Positions 1 through 11,137 are shown, counted from the stretch's first letter. The stretch is DNA of 32,897 bases from Octopus sinensis (GCF_006345805.1 NW_021829639.1:1-32897), one strand, 5' to 3'. The notes: a model not told the origin generated them from the sequence alone. Numbers and translations: made by a program.

Positions 1-142
1 TGTGTGTGTGTGTGTGTGTGTAGGTCTTGGGTCGAATAGAACCAGGGTATCGAATAAATGTACGTTACGGCAGTCTGTTTCCGTCCTTTGAGGTCAAAGG
101 TCGATTTTCCCCGTTTCCTCTCTCTCGCTAAAATATTAATAT

Positions 143-399
143 GGGGATGGTGGTGATCCCTGCTGTACTCTTTCACCACAACTTTCTCTCACTCTTACTT
201 CTTGTTTCTGTTGTACCTGTACTTCAAAGGGGCCGGCCTTGTCACTCTCTGTGTCACGCTGAATATCCCCGAGAACTACGTTATGGGTGCACGTGTCTGT
301 GGAGTGCTCAGCCACTTACACGTTAATTTCACGAGCAGGCTGTTCCGTTGATTCGGATCAACCGGAACCCTCGTCGTCGTAACCGACGGAGTGCTTCCA
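143..399 (+). mobile_element. 5'-truncated tRNA-derived SINE (same family as 32210-32599)
   Basis: Near-identical to ~32341-32594. Confidence 0.85.
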
Positions 400-403
400 G
401 TAT

Positions 404-577
404 AAAAATACCAATCGATATGAAGTGTTTAAAACGTATCAGGACAATTAAAAAAAAAACAATAAGAAACGGAAAAACTACATGAAAATTTTCGGTTGGT
501 GAATTAATATTTTGAGCATTCGAATCTTTATCAATAAACAAATAAATTAATTAATTATTGACTTTCTTCCTTAACTA
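404..577 (+). repeat. Left arm of a ~175-bp inverted repeat
   Basis: Reverse complement of 1530-1701, roughly 90% identical by eye. Confidence 0.9.
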
Positions 578-748
578 ATTCGCTAAGCAAACTCATTGAG
601 GCTATGCTCCAGCATGGTCGTAATGTAATAACTGAAGCGCCTAAAATATTAATGATATCTGTGAATCTTGATGAAGATGATATTTAGCTTCGGTTCAGCT
701 CTGATTTAATAAACGTCTGATCAAAATCCTTCCAGCCATGACCATCTC

Positions 749-975
749 GCTGGCAGAAACGTTAGCACGCCGGGCGAAATGCGTAGCCGTATTTCTTCTG
801 TCGTTATGTTCTGAGTTCAAATTCCGCCGAGGTCGACTTTGCCTTTCATCCTTTCGGGGTCGATAGATAAAGTACCAGTTTCCAACTGGGGTCGATGTAA
901 TCGACTTAATCCCTTTGTCTGTCCTTGTTTGTCCCCTCTATGTTTAGCCCCTTGTGGGCAGTAAATAAATATATT
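749..975 (+). mobile_element. tRNA-derived SINE, family with head GGCGAGCTGGCAGAAACGTTAGC
   Basis: B-box-like GAGTTCAAATTCC; related copies at 22213-22438, 15480-15692 and 31029-31200. Confidence 0.85.
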
Positions 976-1529
976 TGTATATTATATTTTCCAGTGTGTT
1001 TTTTTTCTTCTTATTTTCGCTTATGACGGTCGGGGTGTAACCTGAGCGTTAGGGGTGTATTCACTTAGGACGGTTTGGCTGTTGTTTATCGCATTTCAAG
1101 CGTCCGGGTAGAGGATCTCTCGCTGGATATGCCAGCCAAAAGGAAATCAATAAACTCGTACAATCGATAACAATCAATTGATGCAGATATTTTTTATATA
1201 CACACACCTATACACATACATATATTACACACACATGTTTAAATACATATATGCACATTCAAATATATACATATGTATGTATACTTCTATGCATATAAAT
1301 ACAAATACACATACGTGTATACACATATTCGTAGATATGCATATATACATGTATGTATATATATATATGTGTGTGTGCGTAGGTGTGTGTATATTGTGGT
1401 TTTATAGGACTATCATAAACAAAAATAGCAACAACAACACTAACAACAAAAAAAACAATAGCAGTAACTCTGGCAGTACAAAGAGATTGATTATAAGTAG
1501 GTCAATCTCGCAGGAAGCAATATCAAAAG

Positions 1530-1701
1530 TAGTTAAGGAAGAAAGTCAATAATTAATTAATTTATTTGTTTATTGATAAAGATTCGAATGCTCAAAATAT
1601 TAATTCACCAAATGAAAATTTCATGTAGTTTTTCCTTTTCTTATTGTTTTTTTTTTATTTTCCTGATGCGTTTTTAACACTTCATATCGATTGGTATTTT
1701 T
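1530..1701 (-). repeat. Right arm of the ~175-bp inverted repeat
   Basis: Reverse complement of 404-577. Confidence 0.9.
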
Positions 1702-2097
1702 TAAGGCATTCGATTATCTTCGGGTGTTATATTTCTATAGTTTGAGACTAATTAAATTAAATCTAATTCAATTTCTTCAAATGTTTGTTTCTGTATTTCT
1801 TTTAAAATATAGAGAAAAAAACCGGAATATTTTGAATTTAGGTTGATTCCAATGGCAGCTAGTAATTCGGAAAAGAGATCAAAGCGGGTGTTAGAGGTGT
1901 GAGAAAAAGTTGGCAAATATCAATCGAATGACACCCTACAGTCTTTAAAAAGTGAGTATATATTTGATGGTGTGGAAACACAGGGCATAGTGGTTGTGGC
2001 AGTGTCCTCACGCGATTGCAAGACCGAGGTTTCGATTCGATTTGCGAACCGGGCTGCATGTTAGTACTCTTGAGAAAAAACACTTCGTTCCATGATT

Positions 2098-2227
2098 ATT
2101 TATTTTCGAACGCAGAGACGCCGTTGGAATAGCAGAAACATTGGGTAAATTACCTTTACCTCTTTTTAAGGGTAATTTATCCAGAGTTTTTGCTGTTCTA
2201 ACGGTATATCTGCGTTCGAAAATAAAT
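2098..2227. repeat. Imperfect 130-bp palindrome (MITE-like hairpin)
   Basis: 2098-2154 pairs with 2171-2227; most mismatches are transitions. Confidence 0.8.
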
Positions 2228-2929
2228 TATCATCTCTTTTTTATCTTACAATACACATTTTGACGCTTTTAGAAAACAAACAAACAAACAAATGTTAGTT
2301 TGTTTACAGGAAGGAATTTCAACCGTGTTTCGTGGTCTGCTACCACAACAGCTCCTTTATAGGATCCAGTTAGCTCAAGACATCATCAGGAGGAACCACG
2401 TCCGGTTTCGGCCCCTACTCCTCTACCGTTTAGACGTGCCCCCCCCCTTTCGGAGGTGTCTTCAGCTCTGGTGTTGGGTGCATGTCTTCGTTCTTCTGTT
2501 CCCAGCACTATCTCACCTTTATATACACGTAGTTGCACATTTAGCTTTAAAAGCATCTAAAAAGCGGATTGATTTGTTGGCGGGCAATCTAGCTCAATAG
2601 TAAAGCACCTGGCTGGAGTCTTCAGTACATAGGAGTTCGAGTCTGATGGCTGTTTGTCGACAAAGTTTTCTGTTTTGCAATGGTAATTTACTCAATTTTT
2701 CAGCTGTTCTAACGTTATATATATATATATTATATATATATTATATATATATAGATATATATATATATATATATATATATGTAATTATTATTTGAGGGAA
2801 TAAAATCCAAACTTACAAGGAAAAAGAATTCAATTTAAAATGCTAAATTTTAACTTTTCTATTATATGTAATTTTCTAAATGGTGTAATTTAATTATTCA
2901 TTTTGAATTGATAAAAGGTGTTTTTTTTC

Positions 2930-2977
<48 letters not shown>

Positions 2978-3635
2978 ATAATATATATATATATATTATA
3001 TATTATTAATTATTATTTGAGGGAATAAAATCCAAACTTACAAGGAAAAAATTTCAATTTAGAAATACTAAATCAAATTTCACACAATATAATTTCTAAT
3101 TTTTTCGATTTTTTAAAAATATTTATATATATATATATATATATATGCGTGTGTGTGTGTGCGTGCGCGCGCAAGTTTATGTCTCCGTAGCTTAGTAGTT
3201 CTGCATTTATAATAAAATAAATATATTCAAATTATGAAGATAATAAAAAAATATAGACAGTACGGTATTGTTTCTACTTTGCGGATTTTCCCCTATCGCG
3301 GGGGGTTTTGGAACATAACATCCCGCGATATTTGAGAGATTAGAGTATATACAAACGTACATGCTATTTGTTTTGGTATCCGAGATAAAAAACCGGCTGA
3401 AATATGTATGTATGCACGTGTATAACTATGAGCGTGTGTATGTGTGTGTATGTATGTGTGTATGTGTGTGTATGTATGTGTGTATGTGTGTAGAATTATA
3501 CATCGATAGAAACTCTTCAGTAACAGGCAACGGATCAGGCGAATTATACCCTTACACATTGCTATGATATCCATTCCTTTGTTCCATCCGATGGTTAAAG
3601 AAAAAACAACCAAAACACACACTCACACACACACA

Positions 3636-3704
<69 letters not shown>

Positions 3705-4254
3705 TCACACACACGCCACACACACACAGACTGACTCACGCTCACAATTTGCTGGTTAGCGTCTTGCCATTGGTCGATTTTATCGTTTGGTTAACATCCC
3801 CAACAGATCAATACGATCCGTAAATCAACATTATTTCTAGATCCGTTGCCATCCTTTGGTCAATACTGTTTAAGAAAGCTGTGCCCCATCCCCGCACGAG
3901 AAAAAATAAGGAAGAAAAATTTGAAGGAAATTGATAGTTTGCACAATTTTAAACAGGATTAAGATTAAATTAAGATTTTTTGACGGCGTCACTTTAAAAT
4001 CTCGACGTTTAAATTCAAAAATACGGCTTGTCCTTTAGAGCCTTTTAGCGTGATGATGATGATGGCGATGATGGTGGTGATGATGAGGATGATGATCATG
4101 ACGACGATGGCGACTACGACAACAACGACGATGACAGGGCTAGCACAAAAAGCTGCGGAACAACAGTGCTGAAACAACGAGGGATATCTAGGTGCACTGC
4201 AGCGGGTTCTTACATACGCGGCAACGGTATCTAAAATAGGGTAATGCGTACGTG

Positions 4255-4380
4255 GTTTCGGATTAAGCCCCACTGCACAGTACCTTGGATAATTACTTTC
4301 AACTATAGCGTTGGGGCGGCCAATGCCTTGTGAGTGAATTTGCTAGACGGAAACTAAAAGAAGCCCCTCGTGTATATATA
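4255..4380 (+). mobile_element. Degenerate fragment of the CORE-like SINE
   Basis: ccaatgccttgtgagtgaatttgctagacggaaactaaaagaagccc matches the body of 17534-17945. Confidence 0.7.
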
Positions 4381-5063
4381 TTAGCCGGTGTTTTTCAAGC
4401 GATGAATAGCTTTGCGTAAACCATGGTTCGCTTTGTTTTCTTACTTTATTATCATCTTATAATCATCTCATAATAATGACTTTTATGACTCTTATTACTA
4501 CCTCAGTCAATCTAAATGTATATATTTGTCGTTACCTGTCATAAATAACTTTTTTTTATTTGCAATGTGGATTTTCGTTGATTTTTCATATTTTACTCTT
4601 ACATTTCCACGTGTATTTTATATTTTCTTTTTGTAACATATTTATACTATATATATATTATATATATATATATTATATATATATATATATACACATACAT
4701 AAATGTGTAATGGTGTCTGTATGTGTGTGTATTGTATCTTGTATTTATATACGTGTAACATCGTCTGTTTTTCCATCCTTGTTTTCGTATACATTCGATG
4801 CTTTCTTCCAAGGAATCTAATGCTCATAGCTTAGTTTTTGCTTGGGGCTGGCCAGATTGGAGCAATCTCAAGATTAATCAGCCGAAATTGCGAGGATGCT
4901 CCGGTTCTTGACTGAAGATTGAAGGCTTCGAATGAGCCGTCCAAGGATAAGATCGTTAATTTAAAAACAAAATAACGATTTTATCAAGTGGTCAGCATGG
5001 AAAAAATAACCTTGAAAGAGACAAGATGAAACTAGTAAAAAATTATCCAGTAATTTTTTACTA

Positions 5064-5114
<51 letters not shown>

Positions 5115-5619
5115 ATATACTAAGCAATAAGGTTTAGCAACGAGTTGCCTTACCACATACCGAATTTAGAAATAGCAGTCAAAGGGTTATAGCTATTTCT
5201 TTACTTAAAGGGAGATCTCAGTAATATATATAAAGTGCAGATGTGGCGGTTTGGTAAGATGCTTGCTTTACAACCACGTAATTCGAAGGATTGCTTTCGT
5301 CCAAAGGTAGAATGCCTGTCATGTTAGGAGATGTGGGTACGAGTTCTATGCCAGCCTTCAATATTTTTATATACAAAAGGGATTTTTTTTTTACCTGATA
5401 TTTATATTCTATTATTTCTAGTTCTATTTACTTCGAGATACACTGTTCGAAAATGGCGAATTTATGTTCAAGCAAAGTTTGAAGGTAGATAAAAAAAAGT
5501 ATTCGAAAGTGGATTTGAGTTCTTGTGAAAAACAAAATATCTTGGTAAAGAAAAGTTAAAAACAAGCCAACACCCTACCACCAACACCACAAGAAAGAAA
5601 GACAAAACTTCGAACTTAC

Positions 5620-5735
5620 ATTGTTTTCGACCTCCACGTGTTCGCTTCCTAGGCAGAGCGAGTAATTGGTCCACTCTTTACCAGGGATATGTTGGAACCA
5701 AGTGCCATTCTCTGAACAGTATTTGTACGCCGGAC
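5620..5735 (-). CDS. Next coding exon of the same class B1 GPCR: (G)PAYKYCSENGTWFQHIPGKEWTNYSLCLGSEHVEVENN
   Basis: Acceptor ttctgttgttctttAG and donor GTAAGT; 116 bp, phase 1 to phase 0. Splices in frame to 6690-6803 across a 954-bp intron. K-x-C-x3-G-x-W...W-x-NY-x2-C completes the ectodomain. Confidence 0.92.
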
Positions 5736-5954
5736 CTAAAGAACAACAGAAATAGAAAATTCCGCTGAAATTTATTTTTGTTTAATCTTCAAATCCAGTC
5801 TACGAGAAACGAAAGAACAAGAAGCGTAGTAGTAGCAGCATCAACAAATGTTATTATTCATTTTTATCTCACGATTTCTTGCCAATAGAGAAAGAACTGG
5901 TTTCTAACCTAGATTCATGGCTCCTTCATTGGTATTTCAACATCAACAACAGGG

Positions 5955-5988
<34 letters not shown>

Positions 5989-6430
5989 TGTATGTATGTA
6001 TGTATGTATGTATGTATGTATGTATGTGTGTGTGTGTATGTATGTATGTATGTATGTATGTATGTATGTATGTATGTATGCATGTATGTATGTATGTATG
6101 CATGTAAGTATGTATGTATGCATGTATGTATGTATGTATGTATGTATGTATTATGTATGTATGTATGTATGTATGTATGTATGTATGTGTGTATGTATGT
6201 ATGTATACATGTATGTATGTATGTATGTATGTATGTATGTATGCATGTATGTATGTATGTATGTGTGTATGTATGTATATATGTATGTATGCATGCATGT
6301 ATGTATTATGTATGTATACATGTATGTATGTGTTTATGTGTATGTATATATGTAAGTATGTATGTATACACGCATGTATGTGTTTGTGTGTACATATGTA
6401 TGTATATATTTATATATGTATGTATGTATA
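5955..6430. repeat. (TATG)n microsatellite inside the intron between the two GPCR exons
   Basis: Direct reading; source of the MYVC/HTYI pseudo-ORFs. Confidence 0.95.
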
Positions 6431-6501
6431 TGTGTGGGCAGGATTTAATTTGTGTGTGTTTTGTGGGAATGTGTGTGTACATGTGACTCTGAAGCAACAC
6501 C

Positions 6502-6537
<36 letters not shown>

Positions 6538-6689
6538 GAGAGTGACAGATAAACAGACTAAAGGAAGGGGGAGAGGAAGAAAGCTACAAGGAGAGTATTA
6601 GGGAGAGAAAGAAGAATTTAGTAGGAAAGAAAGAAAAAAAGACACAAACAAAAAATGAATGAAAAGGTGAATTGCAGACAGAAGAATAC

Positions 6690-6803
6690 CTTTTCCTTGG
6701 AAGACTGGAATATGGACCGGACAAGGGATTTCGGCCATATGGCCAGCCTGCGTGTAATTCCAGCAACCCCAACCATCGAAATTGCTGCTGCAGTACACTT
6801 CAC
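6690..6803 (-). CDS. Internal coding exon of a class B1 (secretin-family; calcitonin/DH31/PDF-receptor-like) GPCR, extracellular hormone-binding domain: (G)EVYCSSNFDGWGCWNYTQAGHMAEIPCPVHIPVFQGK(G)
   Basis: Pyrimidine-rich acceptor tttcttcgtttctcctccAG and donor GTattc; 114 bp, phase 1 to phase 1. C-x3-FDGW-x-CW...CP is the class B GPCR ectodomain signature. Confidence 0.92.
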
Positions 6804-6929
6804 CTGGAGGAGAAACGAAGAAATAACTAAGAAACAAATGAACCAAACTGCTGCTTTAGTTAAAATAAAAAAAAGAGTAATATTAGCGGCTCGGCAAATG
6901 AGAGCGATAAAATAATAATAATAATGATA

Positions 6930-7014
<85 letters not shown>

Positions 7015-7079
7015 TGATGATGATGATGGTGATGATGATGAGGATAATAATAATAATAATGATGATGATGATGATGATG

Positions 7080-7130
<51 letters not shown>

Positions 7131-7320
7131 GTACCAACTTTCTACGTAATCTCAAGTTTTAAAACAAACATGATTTTCTTATGGGTTTTTTAAACATTCT
7201 CTAGAAAAATACTATGTATAAAACCAAATATATGGCATGCTAGGCATAACGCCAACATGAACTTCCAACTTGTCTCTCGGAGCCAAATTGTACAAATGTG
7301 AAGCAAAAGTCAAACATAAG
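7131..7320 (+). mobile_element. 3' end of an RLE-type (R4/Dong-like) LINE, family A, flanked by (AAT)n
   Basis: Homologous to 10916-11138, which retains the ORF end. Confidence 0.65.
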
Positions 7321-7336
7321 ATAATAATAATAATAA

Positions 7337-7478
7337 TGAGATCACCATGTCGCGCACATATGGTTGTGATGCATGTGCCTGGTGTACCCTTATCAGACGG
7401 GTAGTCATGATGGGTATACTGGGCTTCGTATATTTTACCCCAGTTTCACTTTGATGGCATGCTCTGCTCGCTCACCTC
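7337..7478 (+). mobile_element. 5'-truncated retroelement tail, family B, ending in (AAT)n
   Basis: Homologous to the 3' parts of 10565-10846 and 15129-15447; all three share the same 3' end. Confidence 0.7.
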
Positions 7479-7503
7479 AATAATAATAGAATAATAATAT
7501 AAT

Positions 7504-7533
<30 letters not shown>

Positions 7534-7536
<3 letters not shown>

Positions 7537-7703
7537 TAAGTTGGCTAGCAGCAAGCGTTTCGCCTCATACCGGAATTAGAAATGGCAGTCAAAGACCCGT
7601 TTTTTGGAATCTCCACTTATAGAAATGGAAAAACGGTCTTTGACTGCCATTTCTAATTCCTTCGGTATGAGGCGAAACAGCTTGCTGCTAGCCAACTTAT
7701 TTT
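7534..7703. repeat. Fold-back inverted repeat at the left end of the 540-bp array
   Basis: ~7534-7605 is a near-perfect reverse complement of ~7630-7703 (aaaataagttggctagcagcaagc...gcagtcaaagacc). Confidence 0.9.
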
Positions 7704-8008
7704 CTTTACTATATACTGAACCTTACAAAGTCTTGACAATTATTTTGTCGTATTTACATACCGAAATTTACCGGTAAATAATTTGGTTACATGAAAAACC
7801 ACAGGAAAATTATTTACCATTTTATTGTATTACCATGTGGATTCCTCATTCCATTACGATTACCCATAAGGCGCGCATGGCAGAATTTTGGAGGGAAAAT
7901 TTACGTTCCCAGTCGTTACTTTGGTTTTAACATCTGCGCACTTCCCCCCACTATCTGATGTCGCTGGTCAGAAGTGAGGGCTGGTGGCATTTGATAAAGC
8001 TAACGAAT

Positions 8009-8070
8009 ATAGCGCTGATGACGGAATTCAAACTCCCCTGTTTGTGATCCAGAAACACCGTGTTCGCTAT
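8009..8070 (+). ncRNA. Type I hammerhead ribozyme fold, copy 1
   Basis: Stem I ATAGCG/CGCTAT, core CTGATGA (8015-8021), stem II GGA..CAAAC/GTTTG..TCC, GAAA (8052-8055), stem III ACA/TGT, predicted cleavage triplet GUU after 8064. The stem II closing pair is C.A rather than G-C. Confidence 0.7.
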
Positions 8071-8550
8071 TAACGGTAAGTGACTGAATTCGTATATTTG
8101 CCACTCCGGTTTTGTGTATGTGAGCCGCAAGGGCCTTCGTTTTTGGAATCTCCACTTATAGAAATGGAAAAAACGGTCTTTGACTGCCATTTCTAATTCC
8201 TTCGGTATGAGGCGAAACAGCTTGCTGCTAGCCAACTTATTTTTCTTTACTATATACTGAACCTTACAAAGGTCTTGACAATTATTTTGTCGTATTTACA
8301 TACCGAAATTTACCGGTAAATAATTGTTGGTTACATAAAAACCACAGGAAAATTATTTACCATTTTTATTGTATTACCATGTGGATTCCTCATTCCATTA
8401 CGATTACCCAGAGGGCGCATGGCAGAATTTTGGAGGGAAAATTTACGTTCCCAGTCGTTACTTGGTTTTAACATCTGCGCACTTCCCCCCACTATCTGAT
8501 GTCGCTGGGTCAGAAGTGATGGCTGGTGGCATTTGATAAAGCTAACGAAT

Positions 8551-8612
8551 ATAGCGCTGATGACGGAATTCAAACTCCCCTGTTTGTGATCCAGAAACAC
8601 CGTGTTCGCTAT
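8551..8612 (+). ncRNA. Type I hammerhead ribozyme fold, copy 2 (identical to copy 1)
   Basis: Same sequence 542 bp downstream; predicted cleavage after 8606. Confidence 0.7.
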
Positions 8613-8910
8613 TAACGGTAAGTGACTGAATTCGTATATTTGCCACTCCGGTTTTGTGTATGTGAGCCGCAAGGCCCTTCGTTTTTGGAATCTCCACTTA
8701 TAGAAATGGAAAAAACGGTCTTTGACTGCCATTTCTAATTCCTTCGGCATGAGGCGAAACAGCTTGCTGCTAGCCAACTTATTTTTCTTTACTATATACT
8801 GAACCTTACAAAGGTCTTGACAATTATTTTGTCGTATTTACATACCGAAATTTACCGGTAAATAATTGTTGGTTACATGAAAAACCACAGGAAAATTATT
8901 TACCATTTTT

Positions 8911-8961
<51 letters not shown>

Positions 8962-9943
8962 TATATATAATATATATATATATATATAATATATATGTAT
9001 ATATATATATAATATATATATATATATAATATATATGTATAATATATATATATATAATATATATATATATATATACGCATATATGTATATATATATTTAT
9101 ACATGTGTATGTATATATGCGTATATACATCTATATATATGTATATATATGTAATACATATGCATATATATGTAATACATATGCAATATATATATATTTC
9201 TGTGTGTATGATATATATATGTATATAAATGAGTGTATGTAAATATGTGTGCGTCCGTTTATAGTGCTTATCTTAGTTTATAAGCAACCATATTTAGAGC
9301 GTTTTCCATTTGTGTGTGTATATATACATATATACACTCACTGAGAGAAGGTAAGGAAACTATGCAGATTTGGGTTTCTTTTACAAAATGTTATTTACAT
9401 AAACACACAGGTACACACAAACACACACACACATATACATGTCCCCTCACACTCATACATACACGCGCATCTACTCACAGGTATATCTAGGCAGCCAAGA
9501 TGTCTGACAAACAAAAACGCAAACAATAAACCGTGTGCGGTACGAGCTTCGAAGCAAAATGAATTATATTTCAACATCAACTTACAACTGGCAAAATCTT
9601 TTATCTGGGAGACAGCTAAGCTGTTTCCAGACGTATCGGTTTTCAGAATATAACGGGTTATAGATAGATTGATACATACATACCTGCATACATACATACT
9701 TACATACATTCTTATTTAAATACTATGTACATAGATGCAAATATACATACAGAAATACGCGCATGCATACGTATATACATACATGTATAGGTACATTCAT
9801 TCAAGTGTAGACTTGTACATATATAAATGCATGGACACATGCGCGCATACATGATAATATTAACGTATGTATATATATATATGAGTGTATACCTATAAAT
9901 ATATATATATGCATACATAGACATAGATATATATGCATAGAAA

Positions 9944-9988
<45 letters not shown>

Positions 9989-10265
9989 TATATATATGTA
10001 TGTATGTATATATATACAGATTGAGATAGGGGATGTAAATGCAACCCTCCATGGGATAACATATATCCAATATACTGCTAGTGAAGTACCCAACAAAGTT
10101 AATACATAAATGTTAAGGATTGCGATGCAATCAATTCCTTTACTGTATTATATGGGCAAAGGTAAAATGATTTACCACAAATTACTAATACAAGATAAGA
10201 AATACATATGATAGATCGTTAGCTCCTACACGCATTTTGTTCTCTCCTTGTTTCTTTTCTGTGTA

Positions 10266-10303
10266 TCTTTCTGTCGAAGAGCGTAGGCTCGAAACGTAAA
10301 AGA
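10266..10303 (+). ncRNA. Minimal type I hammerhead-like motif (Penelope-type), variant core
   Basis: Stem I TCTTT/AAAGA, core CTGTCGA plus one extra A, stem II GAGC-GTAG-GCTC, GAAA, palindromic stem III ACGT, GUA cleavage triplet. A6 is replaced by T. Confidence 0.5.
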
Positions 10304-10401
10304 CTTGTTCTATTTCTATTCCTGAGCGCCATACTAATACAATTGTTTGTTTGTACTCCATCTGCCTTCGTCTTTTGTTTATTTTCATAAACCTTCCCGT
10401 T

Positions 10402-10474
<73 letters not shown>

Positions 10475-10564
10475 TATACACACGTATATATATGTATATA
10501 TATAAATGTATGTATATATATACACCTACTCACATAATCACATATACAACCATATGTTCATCAT

Positions 10565-10846
10565 TGGAAACATGGGTGTTTTATTCAACATCCTTAAACA
10601 ATCCTTATTCAGGGATCTTTTGAGCGGGATGGGCTACTTGACCTGAAGAAAATTCTAACTGGGCCCCACCTGTAAGGTCATGCGCTGTTTATCTCGGTAT
10701 GTGATCACCATGTAATGTACATATGGTTGGGTTGTGGTGTATGTGCCTGGTGTACCCTTATCAGACGGGTAGTCATGATGGGTATCCTGAGCTTCGTATA
10801 TTTGTACTCTAGTGTCCCTTTGATTTCATGCGCTGCTCTCTCACTC
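10565..10846 (+). mobile_element. Retroelement tail, family B, ending in (AAT)n
   Basis: Homologous to 15129-15447. Confidence 0.75.
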
Positions 10847-10881
10847 AATAATAATAATAATAATATAATATAATAATAATA

Positions 10882-10915
<34 letters not shown>

Positions 10916-10917
<2 letters not shown>

Positions 10918-11137
10918 GATAGTGCTCATGGAAACTGCTCATATTCTACGCGAAATACTTTCTATGTAATCTCAGGGTTTAAAACAAACATAATTTTCGT
11001 TTTTTTTGGACAAAAAACCCCAAATATATGCCACATTAGGCATAACAACAACATGAACTTCCAACATGTTGTCTCTTGAGGTCTCTGGGTGAGACTTGGA
11101 GCCAACTTGTACAAATATAAAGCAAAAGTCAAACATA

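Larger units (their letters stand above)
7601..8913 (+). repeat. ~540-bp tandem repeat, about 2.4 copies, carrying hammerheads (retrozyme / Penelope pLTR-like)
   Basis: The anchor ggaatctccacttat recurs at 7606, 8145 and 8687 (periods 539 and 542). Copies differ mostly by single-base indels. The third copy is truncated at a (TA)n tract. Confidence 0.9.

Noticed and set aside
2311-2389. Minus-strand hammerhead-like pieces (CTGATGA at 2389-2383; GTGGT/ACCAC hairpin followed by GAAAC)
   Set aside because: The intact core and the hairpin are not correctly juxtaposed and stem I is out of register; not supportable from a single copy.
2582-2652. tRNA-like sequence (TAGCTCAATAGT...GGAGTTCGAGTC)
   Set aside because: A/B-box-like motifs are present but the acceptor and anticodon stems do not pair; at most a decayed SINE head or pseudo-tRNA.
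3293-3622. ORF ending DVMFQNPPR, superficially like a class B GPCR first extracellular loop
   Set aside because: No TM2 helix before it, an immediate stop with no donor, and the ORF runs through a CA/TA microsatellite.
4905-4945. CTGAAGA...GAAT motif
   Set aside because: No GAAA and no stem I or III pairing.
5879-6545. Long ORFs of MYVC/HTYI repeats
   Set aside because: Translations of (TATG)n inside a defined intron; open in several frames on both strands.
7951-8777. Duplicated ORF MASSKLFRL... (94 and 148 aa)
   Set aside because: Non-ATG start, antisense to the hammerhead, frame broken between copies, no recognisable domain.
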